From the NCBI GenBank assembly GCA_031422435.1, contig JANPLU010000101.1:20562-84561 (forward strand): a stretch of 64,000 nucleotides of DNA, given 5' to 3'. Positions 56,413-64,000 of this stretch are shown in pieces. Origin of the DNA: Acaryochloridaceae cyanobacterium VAR_48_metabat_390 (GTDB taxonomy: Bacteria; Cyanobacteriota; Cyanobacteriia; Thermosynechococcales; Thermosynechococcaceae). Made by a program: the position numbers and the translations under genes. Positions within the stretch are counted from its first letter, which is position 1. Each line of letters opens with the position of its first letter. The notes beneath the pieces were generated by a model, which ran no database searches, was not told where the DNA came from, and saw only the letters and a list, made by a program, of their open reading frames with translations.

Positions 56413-56950
56413 GGGCTTTGCCTAGATAGCGCGATCGCTTCTTCCCGTTCTCATCACGCCACCGTTGCACTAGATAAGGGCCGTAGGTTTTTCCTTTAAT
56501 TGTTTTGTAGTTTTTCTCTACCCAATACTCTCCAAAGACTGAATCTGTAACGCTTTGAAGTGCTTTATCGCTAATCTTGTCCTGGTCTTGCCCACCAAAT
56601 AAGTCATCGTCTGTTTTTTGGTGGGCAGATTGAGGGCGATCGCCTCCCTCGATGCCACTTTTAGAAAAATCAGGTAACGAGTCATCAAGGGTTTCAGGCG
56701 AATTGTTTATGGCCACAACATCATTTGAGGCAGAATTGCTCTCATCCATGAGCGGGGCGGGGTGATAAAACAGCGGGTTATAGTGCAGCCCATCTCTGCA
56801 ATAAAACCAGCCAGCACCACAGAAGCATTTAATCTCTGCGTAACCTATTGGGATAAGACCGCCGCCGTCGTCGTCCTGGTCTTGCCCATCAAAAGCTTCG
56901 TGATAGAGAACTTTTCCGAGTAGGGTGAGCTGGTCATAGGTTAGGGTCAT
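56345..56950 (-). CDS. Hypothetical protein with basic C-terminal nucleic-acid-binding-like motif
   Basis: KTIKGKTYGPYLVQRWRDENGKKRSRYLGK. Confidence 0.55.
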   Translation of the reverse strand: MTLTYDQLTLLGKVLYHEAFDGQDQDDDGGGLIPIGYAEIKCFCGAGWFYCRDGLHYNPLFYHPAPLMDESNSASNDVVAINNSPETLDDSLPDFSKSGIEGGDRPQSAHQKTDDDLFGGQDQDKISDKALQSVTDSVFGEYWVEKNYKTIKGKTYGPYLVQRWRDENGKKRSRYLGKAPKETAAHGQPDSGQPPHSDQIL

Positions 56951-57251
56951 CGGCGGCGATCGCTTCTATTGCGACGGGGTTTATGCTGAAGTTTTCTCTG
57001 ACTAGGCGGCGGCACCTGAAAACCGAGCGGGGTCTTACGGAACTCTTTGATAACGTCCATGAATGCCAGTGCAACAATAGACCAGATGTACAGCAGCATG
57101 GCAAGACAAAACCCAGCCACTACAAGATTTAGGGATAGATAGATGAGGTTTTGGAGAAGTTAAATCATCGTTCTGAGGTAACGCGTCTTTCTCAGGGTGA
57201 ACACACAACAGACCAAAACTAACCCCATGCAATCAAGGAGATCGCATGGGG

Positions 57252-57620
57252 TTAGTTTTCTGAATCAGTAATCTCATTGAGCCGCTCAATGGTTGCTTCA
57301 AGAAGTTGAATGCGTTGCTTTTGCTGCTCAACTTCATTCTGCAACCTAGCCAACCGCAAACGCTCCTCTTCTAGCAGTTGGCTAATGACTCCCCCATTAT
57401 TTGGGCTTGCTGTGGAGTGGCATTCCCGATCATGCCCCTCGCGTATCTCTCTATCAATTCTGATCTGCTCAGTCCCTCTTGAACTGCTCTTTCGTCCAGA
57501 CTCTGAATGCTCAGCTCGGTTAGGGAGATGTTTAATCGTTTCTTTGGTTCTTCGTATGAACCGTGCTTTACTCCGGTCTTTCTTTGAGCCATTTCTTTTT
57601 TCCATAGTTGGTTCATACAC
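57252..57620 (-). CDS. Coiled-coil protein overlapping the RHH gene in another frame
   Basis: ISQLLEEERLRLARLQNEVEQQKQRIQLLEATIERL heptads; true start uncertain. Confidence 0.4.
   Translation of the reverse strand: MYEPTMEKRNGSKKDRSKARFIRRTKETIKHLPNRAEHSESGRKSSSRGTEQIRIDREIREGHDRECHSTASPNNGGVISQLLEEERLRLARLQNEVEQQKQRIQLLEATIERLNEITDSEN
57371..57592 (-). CDS. Ribbon-helix-helix (CopG-like) repressor
   Basis: KKRLNISLTELSIQSLDERAVQEGLSRSELIERYAR. Confidence 0.8.
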   Translation of the reverse strand: MAQRKTGVKHGSYEEPKKRLNISLTELSIQSLDERAVQEGLSRSELIERYARGMIGNATPQQAQIMGESLANC

Positions 57621-57711
57621 AAGATATTAACTGAACTCTTACACAACTACCATTACATTATTGCGCATTCTTACACAAGATGTTACCTTTGGGTGGCATC
57701 TTGTGTAAGAA
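57616..57711. promoter_or_regulatory. Divergent promoter region with repeated TACACAA operator-like sites
   Basis: TACACAA at 57616, 57640, 57672 and inverted at 57701; 15-bp inverted repeat 57668-57711; TTGCGC-N17-TACCTT with extended TG at 57661-57689. Confidence 0.6.
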
Positions 57712-57723
57712 ATAATTGTTCTG

Positions 57724-57876
57724 ATGAAACAACTCACCGTTCGTTACCAGCCTGACTCTGTTGAAGCGTTCTATGAAGGAAAAATTCTTTATCGCTGGTC
57801 AAACCCTGTGTTTGCAAGACAGCAGATAGCCGAGATCCAGCTCAAGGGCTGGACAATCATCCGAGAGGGCGTATGA
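57724..57876 (+). CDS. Small hypothetical protein (50 aa, absent from the ORF track)
   Basis: MKQLTVRYQPDSVEAFYEGKILYRW...; ATGA overlap with the next ORF. Confidence 0.55.
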   Translation: MKQLTVRYQPDSVEAFYEGKILYRWSNPVFARQQIAEIQLKGWTIIREGV

Positions 57877-58154
57877 CCGACAACTTCTATAGAGATATGT
57901 GCTTGCTGCTCTTTACAGCCCTAGACATGGCTTCAGAAGAAATTGCTACCGACCGCGAAGACCAGGACAGGTTCAGAAGTCTTTACATCATTAAGGCTTC
58001 TACGTTTCTCAAAAGTGATGAGAGCCTTTCCTACCGCGCTCAATGCCTTGAACATCTCAGACAACAACACAGACAGGAGCTATTGAAGAGTGTTTATAAG
58101 ACTTCCAGGCAATCGAATCATCAATCTGGCGAGAGTGAATCAAATCACCTATAG
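57873..58154 (+). CDS. Hypothetical protein
   Basis: 93-aa ORF coupled to the previous one. Confidence 0.55.
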   Translation: MTDNFYRDMCLLLFTALDMASEEIATDREDQDRFRSLYIIKASTFLKSDESLSYRAQCLEHLRQQHRQELLKSVYKTSRQSNHQSGESESNHL

Positions 58155-58359
58155 CTTTGACCTAAGTGAAGTCACCATCTTCTGGGCAACGGGTGATTGT
58201 GAACTTCATTTAGTTAAAGGAGATGCGATCGCATCTCCTTTACGCCATAGACAGGCTGAATGACCATCGTAAGCAGCAGCTCATTGACGTGCAGCAGTTC
58301 GTAGACCCCCATGCAAACGCTGAAACGGTTTTGTATGGAAGCGAATCACTTTTCTAAAA

Positions 58360-58417
58360 ACCCGCCTGATGAGTCTTAAATAGACGAAACTTTCCCAACG
58401 TTGGGAAAGTCGCGGGT
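58360..58417 (+). ncRNA. Type I hammerhead ribozyme
   Basis: acccgc-CUGAUGA-gucu(uaaau)agac-GAAA-cuuuccca(acgu)ugggaaag-UC-gcgggu; full core and three stems; predicted cleavage after C58411. Confidence 0.9.
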
Positions 58418-58615
58418 ACCCTTCCAAAAGGTACCAGCCCTAAATGCGATCGCTAATCGGGCTTAGTTGAGAATTGGCCTTGAATTATCGGGCTTTCAAA
58501 ATTCACGGCCTTGAATGCGATCGCGTTTAGTAGAGCTTTGTCGGTTCTCACAGTGAATAGGCCACGCATTAGGCGGGCTTCGGGAGATTCTATGAACCGT
58601 ATGGCAAGGCTTAAC
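58412..58615 (+). ncRNA. Bridge RNA (5' hairpin, target-binding loop, donor-binding loop)
   Basis: Guides gttgagaatt and tcaaaattc match the empty target; acagtgaat and gggagattc match the element ends; each pair is enclosed by a stem. Confidence 0.85.
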
Positions 58616-58670
58616 CGCCGAGCAAGCTTAAGTTTGGAACCCAACTCCTAGGACAAAAGCGAAAGCAAAT

Positions 58671-59873
58671 ATGCGAATTTTGGGACTCGACGTGTGTCGT
58701 GGCTCCGTTGTGGGCTGCTTATTTACAGAACTTCCAGATAACTGCTTAGGCTGGTTTAGAGCCAATAAACAATCCATTGAGAGCTACGAATCGACTCGTG
58801 AAGACGTTGAAAGACTGCTGGCACTGAAGCCAGACATGGTGATTCTAGAACCCACGGGCGTACACTACGCACGGCTTTGGGCAGACCATCTCATTAAAGC
58901 CGGAGTGATTGTGCGTTGGATTGGGCACGCACAACTAAAGTACGAACGCCTTACCCTGCGAATGCCCAATAAGAACGACGCGGCTGATGCCTGTGTGATG
59001 GCCTACTACGGGCACAAACATCTTTTAGAGCCTGAATACTTCCTCAAGTTCGATATTCATGGGGTCGCTGCATCCATGCGATCGCTCGGTTTGCAGCTCA
59101 AACACCTCAACAGTCAAAGCACCATCCTGACCAATCGAATCAGACAGAACCTAGCCCATGAATGGCCTGAAGTTCATCGGTATCAAACCACGGGGCATAA
59201 TGACACAACCCCGCCACTATGGCGCTACATCGCAGGGGGTAAGGTCGCAAAGATAACCAATACCAAATATTCAAAATCTCTGGGCAACACCATCGGCAGT
59301 GGTCTTTCTGAGTTCACCATTGACCACGCGATCGCACTCACTGAAAATGAAGCCCGTCAGATCAAGATTGAAAAGATGCTCTTTCATCTGGTCTACAGCC
59401 CTGACTTCGAGATGTATAACGAAGCCTTTGACCTGTTTGGTTTTGGCTTGCGGGTTCGGGCAATGGTGCTGAGTCATATTTTCCCAATCGAGAGCTTTCT
59501 AGGGGCTGATGATAAGCCTATCGTGCAATACGTTGACTCCACTGGAGTGAGGAAAAAGAGTAAACGCGATCGCAGTTTAGCCGCCTTTAAGCTGGCCTGC
59601 GGGATGGGCATGATTGAGGATAGTTCAGGGGATAAAGAAGTCTTTAAAGCTGGAGGTTCTGCTCTAGTGCGGGTGGCGCTGTGGCAATGGTGCTTTACGC
59701 ATCTAGAAGCCTATGGCGGTAAGAGAGCAACCGATAGCGAAGTCTGTAAAAAGCTGGTGACGTTCCTGCATACGAGAAAGTCTGCTAGTGGTTCACGGAT
59801 TCGGGTTGTACGATCTGCAACGGTGGCGCGGGCAACTGAGATGTTATTTAAGGAACTGGTCAAGAGGATTTAA
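58671..59873 (+). CDS. IS110-family (DEDD/Piv-like) bridge recombinase
   Basis: ILGLDV, LEPTG, KNDAADA (DEDD tetrad); C-terminal CGMG...SSG catalytic Ser motif; GG..VR..LWQW. Confidence 0.9.
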   Translation: MRILGLDVCRGSVVGCLFTELPDNCLGWFRANKQSIESYESTREDVERLLALKPDMVILEPTGVHYARLWADHLIKAGVIVRWIGHAQLKYERLTLRMPNKNDAADACVMAYYGHKHLLEPEYFLKFDIHGVAASMRSLGLQLKHLNSQSTILTNRIRQNLAHEWPEVHRYQTTGHNDTTPPLWRYIAGGKVAKITNTKYSKSLGNTIGSGLSEFTIDHAIALTENEARQIKIEKMLFHLVYSPDFEMYNEAFDLFGFGLRVRAMVLSHIFPIESFLGADDKPIVQYVDSTGVRKKSKRDRSLAAFKLACGMGMIEDSSGDKEVFKAGGSALVRVALWQWCFTHLEAYGGKRATDSEVCKKLVTFLHTRKSASGSRIRVVRSATVARATEMLFKELVKRI

Positions 59874-59892
59874 TCCGGTTTTATCATCTGCC

Positions 59893-59933
59893 CACCAAAA
59901 AGCCACCGTCTCTCAATCGGTGGCTTTTTGGTG
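59893..59933 (+). terminator. Strong bidirectional terminator-like hairpin at the element right end
   Basis: caccaaaaagccaccg...cggtggctttttggtg, 16-bp perfect inverted repeat. Confidence 0.75.
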
Positions 59934-59988
59934 AGTTTGGAAGATAGGAAAGGCTATGCAGGCCTGGTAACGATCTACTACAGTGAAT

Positions 59989-60165
59989 TTTGACATCGTT
60001 CTGTTTAGAAGGGGTCGCAGCATCCGCCCGACCTGCCAGCAGCGGTAAGCCCAGCGCACTCACAATGCCGCCTGCGACCCCAGCCATACTCCCCGTCACC
60101 AAAACATCGCGGCGGGAAACACCCTTGCGTCGAGGACGGTCTAGGTCGTAGTTATATTCGTTCAT
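59989..60165 (-). pseudogene. Ferritin-like domain protein, 5' part with Tat-like signal (interrupted gene)
   Basis: MNEY...SRRDVL...AGRADAA-TPSKQNDVK; continues as ILNNALFYE at 47809. Confidence 0.88.
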
Positions 60166-60399
60166 GAATGCGTGTCTCCTAATCCTTAGTAAATCGGCTG
60201 ACTGAGTTTAATTCAGCAGGTTTTAAGCAAGTCCAGCAGTGGCACAAGACAAAACGGTGGACAACTGCTGATGCTCTATAGAGATATACGCAGTTAGCCG
60301 AATTTTGGATTTCTGAAGCGACCCATCAAAATAGCGAAAGCCCCCAATTATGCTTGAGGGCTTTGCGTTGGATTGATTCTAAAGTCTGAAAGCTATGCC

Positions 60400-60612
60400 T
60401 TAGTAGCTGTCGTTATCAATGGCAAGCTGCATCTCAAGGCGATGGTTGGCTTGGTTGAGACGGTTGGCGATCGCCTGTCGCCAGGTCAAGCTCAGATCTG
60501 AATCTGCCAAGGCTTCTTGAGCCATTTCTCGATAGTAGGCGCTGGTGGTAGTATCGACCTGCTCTAAAAGTCCGAGATTGTGATAGATGGTCTTGGGAGA
60601 AATCAAAAGCAT
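60400..60612 (-). CDS. Small hypothetical protein
   Basis: 70-aa ORF with a Shine-Dalgarno-like sequence, downstream of gltD. Confidence 0.55.
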   Translation of the reverse strand: MLLISPKTIYHNLGLLEQVDTTTSAYYREMAQEALADSDLSLTWRQAIANRLNQANHRLEMQLAIDNDSY

Positions 60613-60666
60613 ACTTCTTTCCTTTTCCTAGTAACGGTCTCAGACAAAATTATCGACGTTGACGCT

Positions 60667-62151
60667 TTAAGGTAGATCGGTGCTTCCCATCAAGTATAGA
60701 TCACAAGCGCGAGCTGCTCCGCGCCCTTCGTTAAACGCCCAAACCACAAGGCTTTGCCCCCTGCGGCAGTCCCCAGCCGCAAACACGCCTGGAATACTGG
60801 TGGCGTATTCCCCGTGGTTGGCCTTCACGTTACTGCGACCATCACGCTCAACGCCAAGAGCATCAAGTAAAGGCTGTTCTGGCCCTAGAAAACCCATGGC
60901 AAGCAAAACAAGCTGAGCGGGTAAAACCTGCTCAGTGCCAGGAATCTGCTGGGGAATAAACTGCCCCTGCTCATTTCTGTGCCACTGTACCTGAACGGTA
61001 TGAACGGCCTTAACGTGACCGTTTTCATCGCCCTCAAACTGGGTTGAGGTGGTGAGGTAGCCTCGAGGGTCATCTCCAAAGATAGCGGCAGCTTCTTCTT
61101 GTCCGTAGTCCATGCGATACACCTTAGGCCATTCGGGCCAGGGGTTATTGGCAGCACGCTCTGAGGGGGGCTTGGGCAAAATTTCAAGCTGAACCAGGCT
61201 ACGGCAGCCGTGACGGATGGAGGTGCCCACGCAGTCCGTTCCGGTATCGCCGCCGCCAATAATCACGATGTCTTTATCTTGGGCTGAAATAAAGTTGTTC
61301 GTGTGGCGTTGGTCTAAGACTGATTGGGTGTTCGCGGTCAAAAAGTCCATCGCAAAATGGATGCCCTGGAGCGATCGCCCTTCAATAGGCAAATCACGGG
61401 GACGGGTCGCACCTGTACAAAGCACTACAGAATCATAGTCTTTGAGTAAGGTCTCACCGGGAAGGTCTTTGCCAACTTCGGTGTTGCAGGTAAAGGTCAC
61501 GCCTTCTTGCTCTAGTACCTTCAAACGACGCAGCAACACATCTTCTTTATCGAGCTTCATGTTGGGGATGCCATACATCAGCAGTCCCCCGGGGCGATCG
61601 GCTCTTTCAAAGACCGTCACCCAATGGCCTGCTTTGTTGAGCTGGGCCGCAGCGCAAAGACCTGCCGGCCCAGAACCAATGACGGCAACTTTTTTTCCGG
61701 TGCGGCGGCTGGGCGGTTCCGGCACAACCCAGCCTTCTTCCCATCCCTTGTCAATAATGGTGTGCTCAATATTTTTGATGGTCACAGGCGGGTTATTAAT
61801 GCCCAACACGCAGGAACCTTCGCAGGGTGCAGGACAAACGCGACCCGTAAATTCAGGGAAGTTATTGGTTTTGTGAAGACGTTCTAAAGCCTCTTGCCAC
61901 AGCCCCCGATACACAAGGTCATTCCATTCGGGGATGAGGTTGTTGATGGGGCAGCCGCTTGCCATGCCGCTGATGATGGTTCCGGTATGGCAGAAGGGGG
62001 TGCCGCAGTCCATACAGCGGGCACCCTGGTTACGGAGTTTGTCTTCCTCTAAGGGCAAATGGAATTCATCCCAGTTGTGGATGCGGTCGGTCGGTGAGAT
62101 TTCAGAGGCGACTTCGCGGAGATATTCGATAAAACCTGTTGGTTTTCCCAT
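60667..62151 (-). CDS. gltD: Glutamate synthase small subunit
   Basis: [46 protein letters not shown]. Confidence 0.96.
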   Translation of the reverse strand: MGKPTGFIEYLREVASEISPTDRIHNWDEFHLPLEEDKLRNQGARCMDCGTPFCHTGTIISGMASGCPINNLIPEWNDLVYRGLWQEALERLHKTNNFPEFTGRVCPAPCEGSCVLGINNPPVTIKNIEHTIIDKGWEEGWVVPEPPSRRTGKKVAVIGSGPAGLCAAAQLNKAGHWVTVFERADRPGGLLMYGIPNMKLDKEDVLLRRLKVLEQEGVTFTCNTEVGKDLPGETLLKDYDSVVLCTGATRPRDLPIEGRSLQGIHFAMDFLTANTQSVLDQRHTNNFISAQDKDIVIIGGGDTGTDCVGTSIRHGCRSLVQLEILPKPPSERAANNPWPEWPKVYRMDYGQEEAAAIFGDDPRGYLTTSTQFEGDENGHVKAVHTVQVQWHRNEQGQFIPQQIPGTEQVLPAQLVLLAMGFLGPEQPLLDALGVERDGRSNVKANHGEYATSIPGVFAAGDCRRGQSLVVWAFNEGRGAARACDLYLMGSTDLP

Positions 62152-62180
62152 AATGATGTTTGAGTTAGCTACAAGGTGAA

Positions 62181-62738
62181 TTACATTTTGAGCCAGTCGA
62201 AAACTTGATCGACCGTTAGCACTAGGTCAATGCTGTCTAACAGAATTAGTGCATCATTTTCATGCCGAAGTTCCGGCTGCTGGTGGGGCTGAAACAGGAG
62301 AATTGAGCGATCGCCTGGATCTACCAGCCATCCCAACGCACAGCCATGCTTGAGACAGTGAAGAATATTCCCCGTCACGCGGTTAGGGCTTTGGTCTGGA
62401 GACAGAATTTCAATCGTCCAATCTGGAGCAGACAAGACATCATCTAAGGGTTCGCTATTGTGATCGAGCCGAATGTTCTCCCATCGCAAAACTGCTATGT
62501 CTGGAATAATAGACCTGCCGCCGAAGGTACAGGGTAGTTCAGGAAAAGCATAGGCAATTCGACGATCTTCTGCGACTGAATTGATAGTGTTAATCAATTT
62601 TCCCTGAAGTCGAGAATGTCGCGTTTTGGGCATTGGTTTTTGAGTAATTCTCCCGTCAACGTATTCGCTAACAGGCTTTGTTTCTGGCAGCTTTAGAAAT
62701 TCATCTAACGTTAGTAGTTGAGATGGGGTTTGCACCAT
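62181..62738 (-). CDS. Uma2 family endonuclease, between gltB and gltD
   Basis: [25 protein letters not shown]. Confidence 0.88.
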   Translation of the reverse strand: MVQTPSQLLTLDEFLKLPETKPVSEYVDGRITQKPMPKTRHSRLQGKLINTINSVAEDRRIAYAFPELPCTFGGRSIIPDIAVLRWENIRLDHNSEPLDDVLSAPDWTIEILSPDQSPNRVTGNILHCLKHGCALGWLVDPGDRSILLFQPHQQPELRHENDALILLDSIDLVLTVDQVFDWLKM

Positions 62739-62787
62739 GACAGTTCACTTTAGAACTCTGACGAAAAGATTTAACTTTTCGCTGATT

Positions 62788-63999
62788 CTAGCTGCCTCCA
62801 ATCCGAGCGACATCACGGGCGTTTTCTTCAAAGGCGGCGGTGAGGGCATCGTCGCCGCTGAGTCCAGAGGCGACCGCCTCGGCAATGGCCTGAAGCACCC
62901 GCTTGTAGTCTTTGGGCATCACCTTGACAAACTTCGGCACCAGGTCTGACCACTGCGCCAGCACCTGAGCGGCCTTTTGGCTTCCGGTGTAGGTAGCATG
63001 GCGCTCAATGAGCTGATAGAGGTCGTTAATCTCTTCAGGATCTTCGAGGGTTTCTAGCCCCACCATTTGGGTATTGCAGCGCGTGGCAAAGTCGCCTGCT
63101 TCGTCGAGGACGTAGGCGACACCCCCGCTCATACCTGCGGCAAAGTTGCGTCCGGTGTGGCCTAAAACCACAATTTTGCCCCCAGTCATATACTCACAGG
63201 CATGATCCCCAACGCCTTCGACCACGGCATTAACGCCGGAGTTACGAACCGCAAACCTTTCGCCGACCATGCCGCAGATGTACGTCTCGCCGCTAGTCGC
63301 GCCGTAAAGGGCGACGTTGCCAGCAATGACGTTTTCGGAGGCTACAAAGGTAGCGCGTTTGGACGGGTATAGGATAATTTTGCCGCCGCTAAGTCCTTTG
63401 CCAAGGTAGTCGTTGGTGTCGCCTTCGAGTTCGAGGGTGACGCCCTTGGGCACAAAGGCTCCAAAACTCTGGCCTGCGCTGCCCTCAAAGTGAAGCTGTA
63501 CGGTATCGTCTGGCAGCCCTTCCCAGTGGCGCTGCGTAATCTCATTGCCCAGAATGGTGCCTACGGCGCGGTTAATATTGCGAATGGGCAGGTTGGCTTT
63601 AACAGGGGTGCCGTGTTTGATCGCCCCCTGGCACAGATCAAGCAGGGTTGTGATGTCCAAGGATTTATCGAGGCCATGATCCTGCGGAATTTGGCAGTAG
63701 CGCCCAACCTCTTCACCCACCTGGGGCTGATGCAAAATGCTGGAGATATCTAGCCCTTTTGCCTTCCAGTGATCGACGGCTTTTTTTGCCTCTAGGATAT
63801 CGGTGCGACCGACCATTTCGGTGAGGGTACGGAATCCAATGCTTGCCATAATTTCCCGCACTTCTTGGGCAATAAAGCGCATGAAGTTAGCGACGTGGGC
63901 TGGGTCGCCTGTAAAGTTACGGCGCAGGAGCGGGTCTTGGGTAGCAACGCCGACGGGGCAAGTATTGAGGTGGCAAACCCGCATCATGATGCACCCCAA
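62788..63999 (-). CDS. gltB: Glutamate synthase large subunit, C-terminal part (5' end outside window)
   Basis: [35 protein letters not shown]. Confidence 0.96.
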   Translation of the reverse strand: MGCIMMRVCHLNTCPVGVATQDPLLRRNFTGDPAHVANFMRFIAQEVREIMASIGFRTLTEMVGRTDILEAKKAVDHWKAKGLDISSILHQPQVGEEVGRYCQIPQDHGLDKSLDITTLLDLCQGAIKHGTPVKANLPIRNINRAVGTILGNEITQRHWEGLPDDTVQLHFEGSAGQSFGAFVPKGVTLELEGDTNDYLGKGLSGGKIILYPSKRATFVASENVIAGNVALYGATSGETYICGMVGERFAVRNSGVNAVVEGVGDHACEYMTGGKIVVLGHTGRNFAAGMSGGVAYVLDEAGDFATRCNTQMVGLETLEDPEEINDLYQLIERHATYTGSQKAAQVLAQWSDLVPKFVKVMPKDYKRVLQAIAEAVASGLSGDDALTAAFEENARDVARIGGS

Positions 64000-64000
64000 G

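Larger units (their letters stand above)
47810..59988. mobile_element. 12.2-kb provirus-like element integrated by an IS110 bridge recombinase
   Basis: GAAT direct repeat at 47806-47809 and 59985-59988; removal restores the host ORF; internal ncRNA guides match both junctions. Confidence 0.9.

Noticed and set aside
55841..56425. Tyrosine recombinase as the element's integrase
   Set aside because: It is internal and frameshifted, and the junction has only a 4-bp core that the bridge-RNA guides already explain.
58456..58516. Mini CRISPR array
   Set aside because: Only two short units with 11-nt spacers and no cas genes; better explained as bridge-RNA loop motifs.
58453..58644. 63-aa minus-strand ORF
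   Set aside because: Antisense to the structured bridge RNA and has no protein features.
59884..59984. C-terminal 33 aa (HCSRSLPG...) of the 93-aa ORF as real protein
   Set aside because: This is read-through from the interrupted host gene into the element's right end.
58412..59988. Treating the IS110 gene as an ordinary stand-alone ~1.6-kb IS
   Set aside because: Its guides match sequence at 47801-47815, over 10 kb away, and the interrupted host gene resumes only there.
59941..59988. Promoter created at the circle junction, as in IS621
   Set aside because: No convincing -35/-10 pair seen across the reconstructed junction, and it would point away from the bridge RNA into antisense cargo.

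Overview
This is a cyanobacterial chromosome segment with frequent HIP1 (GCGATCGC) sites. It carries housekeeping genes (gloB, glmU, ligA, upp, rsfS, glpX, hemA, argB, gltD, gltB), a Wzx/Wzy polysaccharide locus with an AT-rich 3' half (rfbFGH, split transketolase, glycosyltransferases), decayed toxin-antitoxin pairs, Rpn and Uma2 paralogues, and a TerY-type vWA/PP2C/kinase triad. The main finding is a 12,179-bp virus-like element (47810-59988) that splits a Tat-signal ferritin-like gene at a 4-bp core (GAAT); removing it restores a 222-aa reading frame. The element ends in an IS110-family DEDD recombinase. The non-coding RNA upstream of that gene contains four guide segments matching both halves of the empty host target and both element ends, i.e. 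a bridge RNA. A canonical hammerhead ribozyme sits directly 5' of it. The cargo (paralogous basic proteins, penton/spike-like pair with collagen repeats, endolysin-like and holin-like genes, RHH repressor switch, frameshifted tyrosine recombinase) looks like a small non-tailed provirus that integrates by RNA-guided bridge recombination. The sequence matches were read by eye; the viral nature and all activities are inferences.
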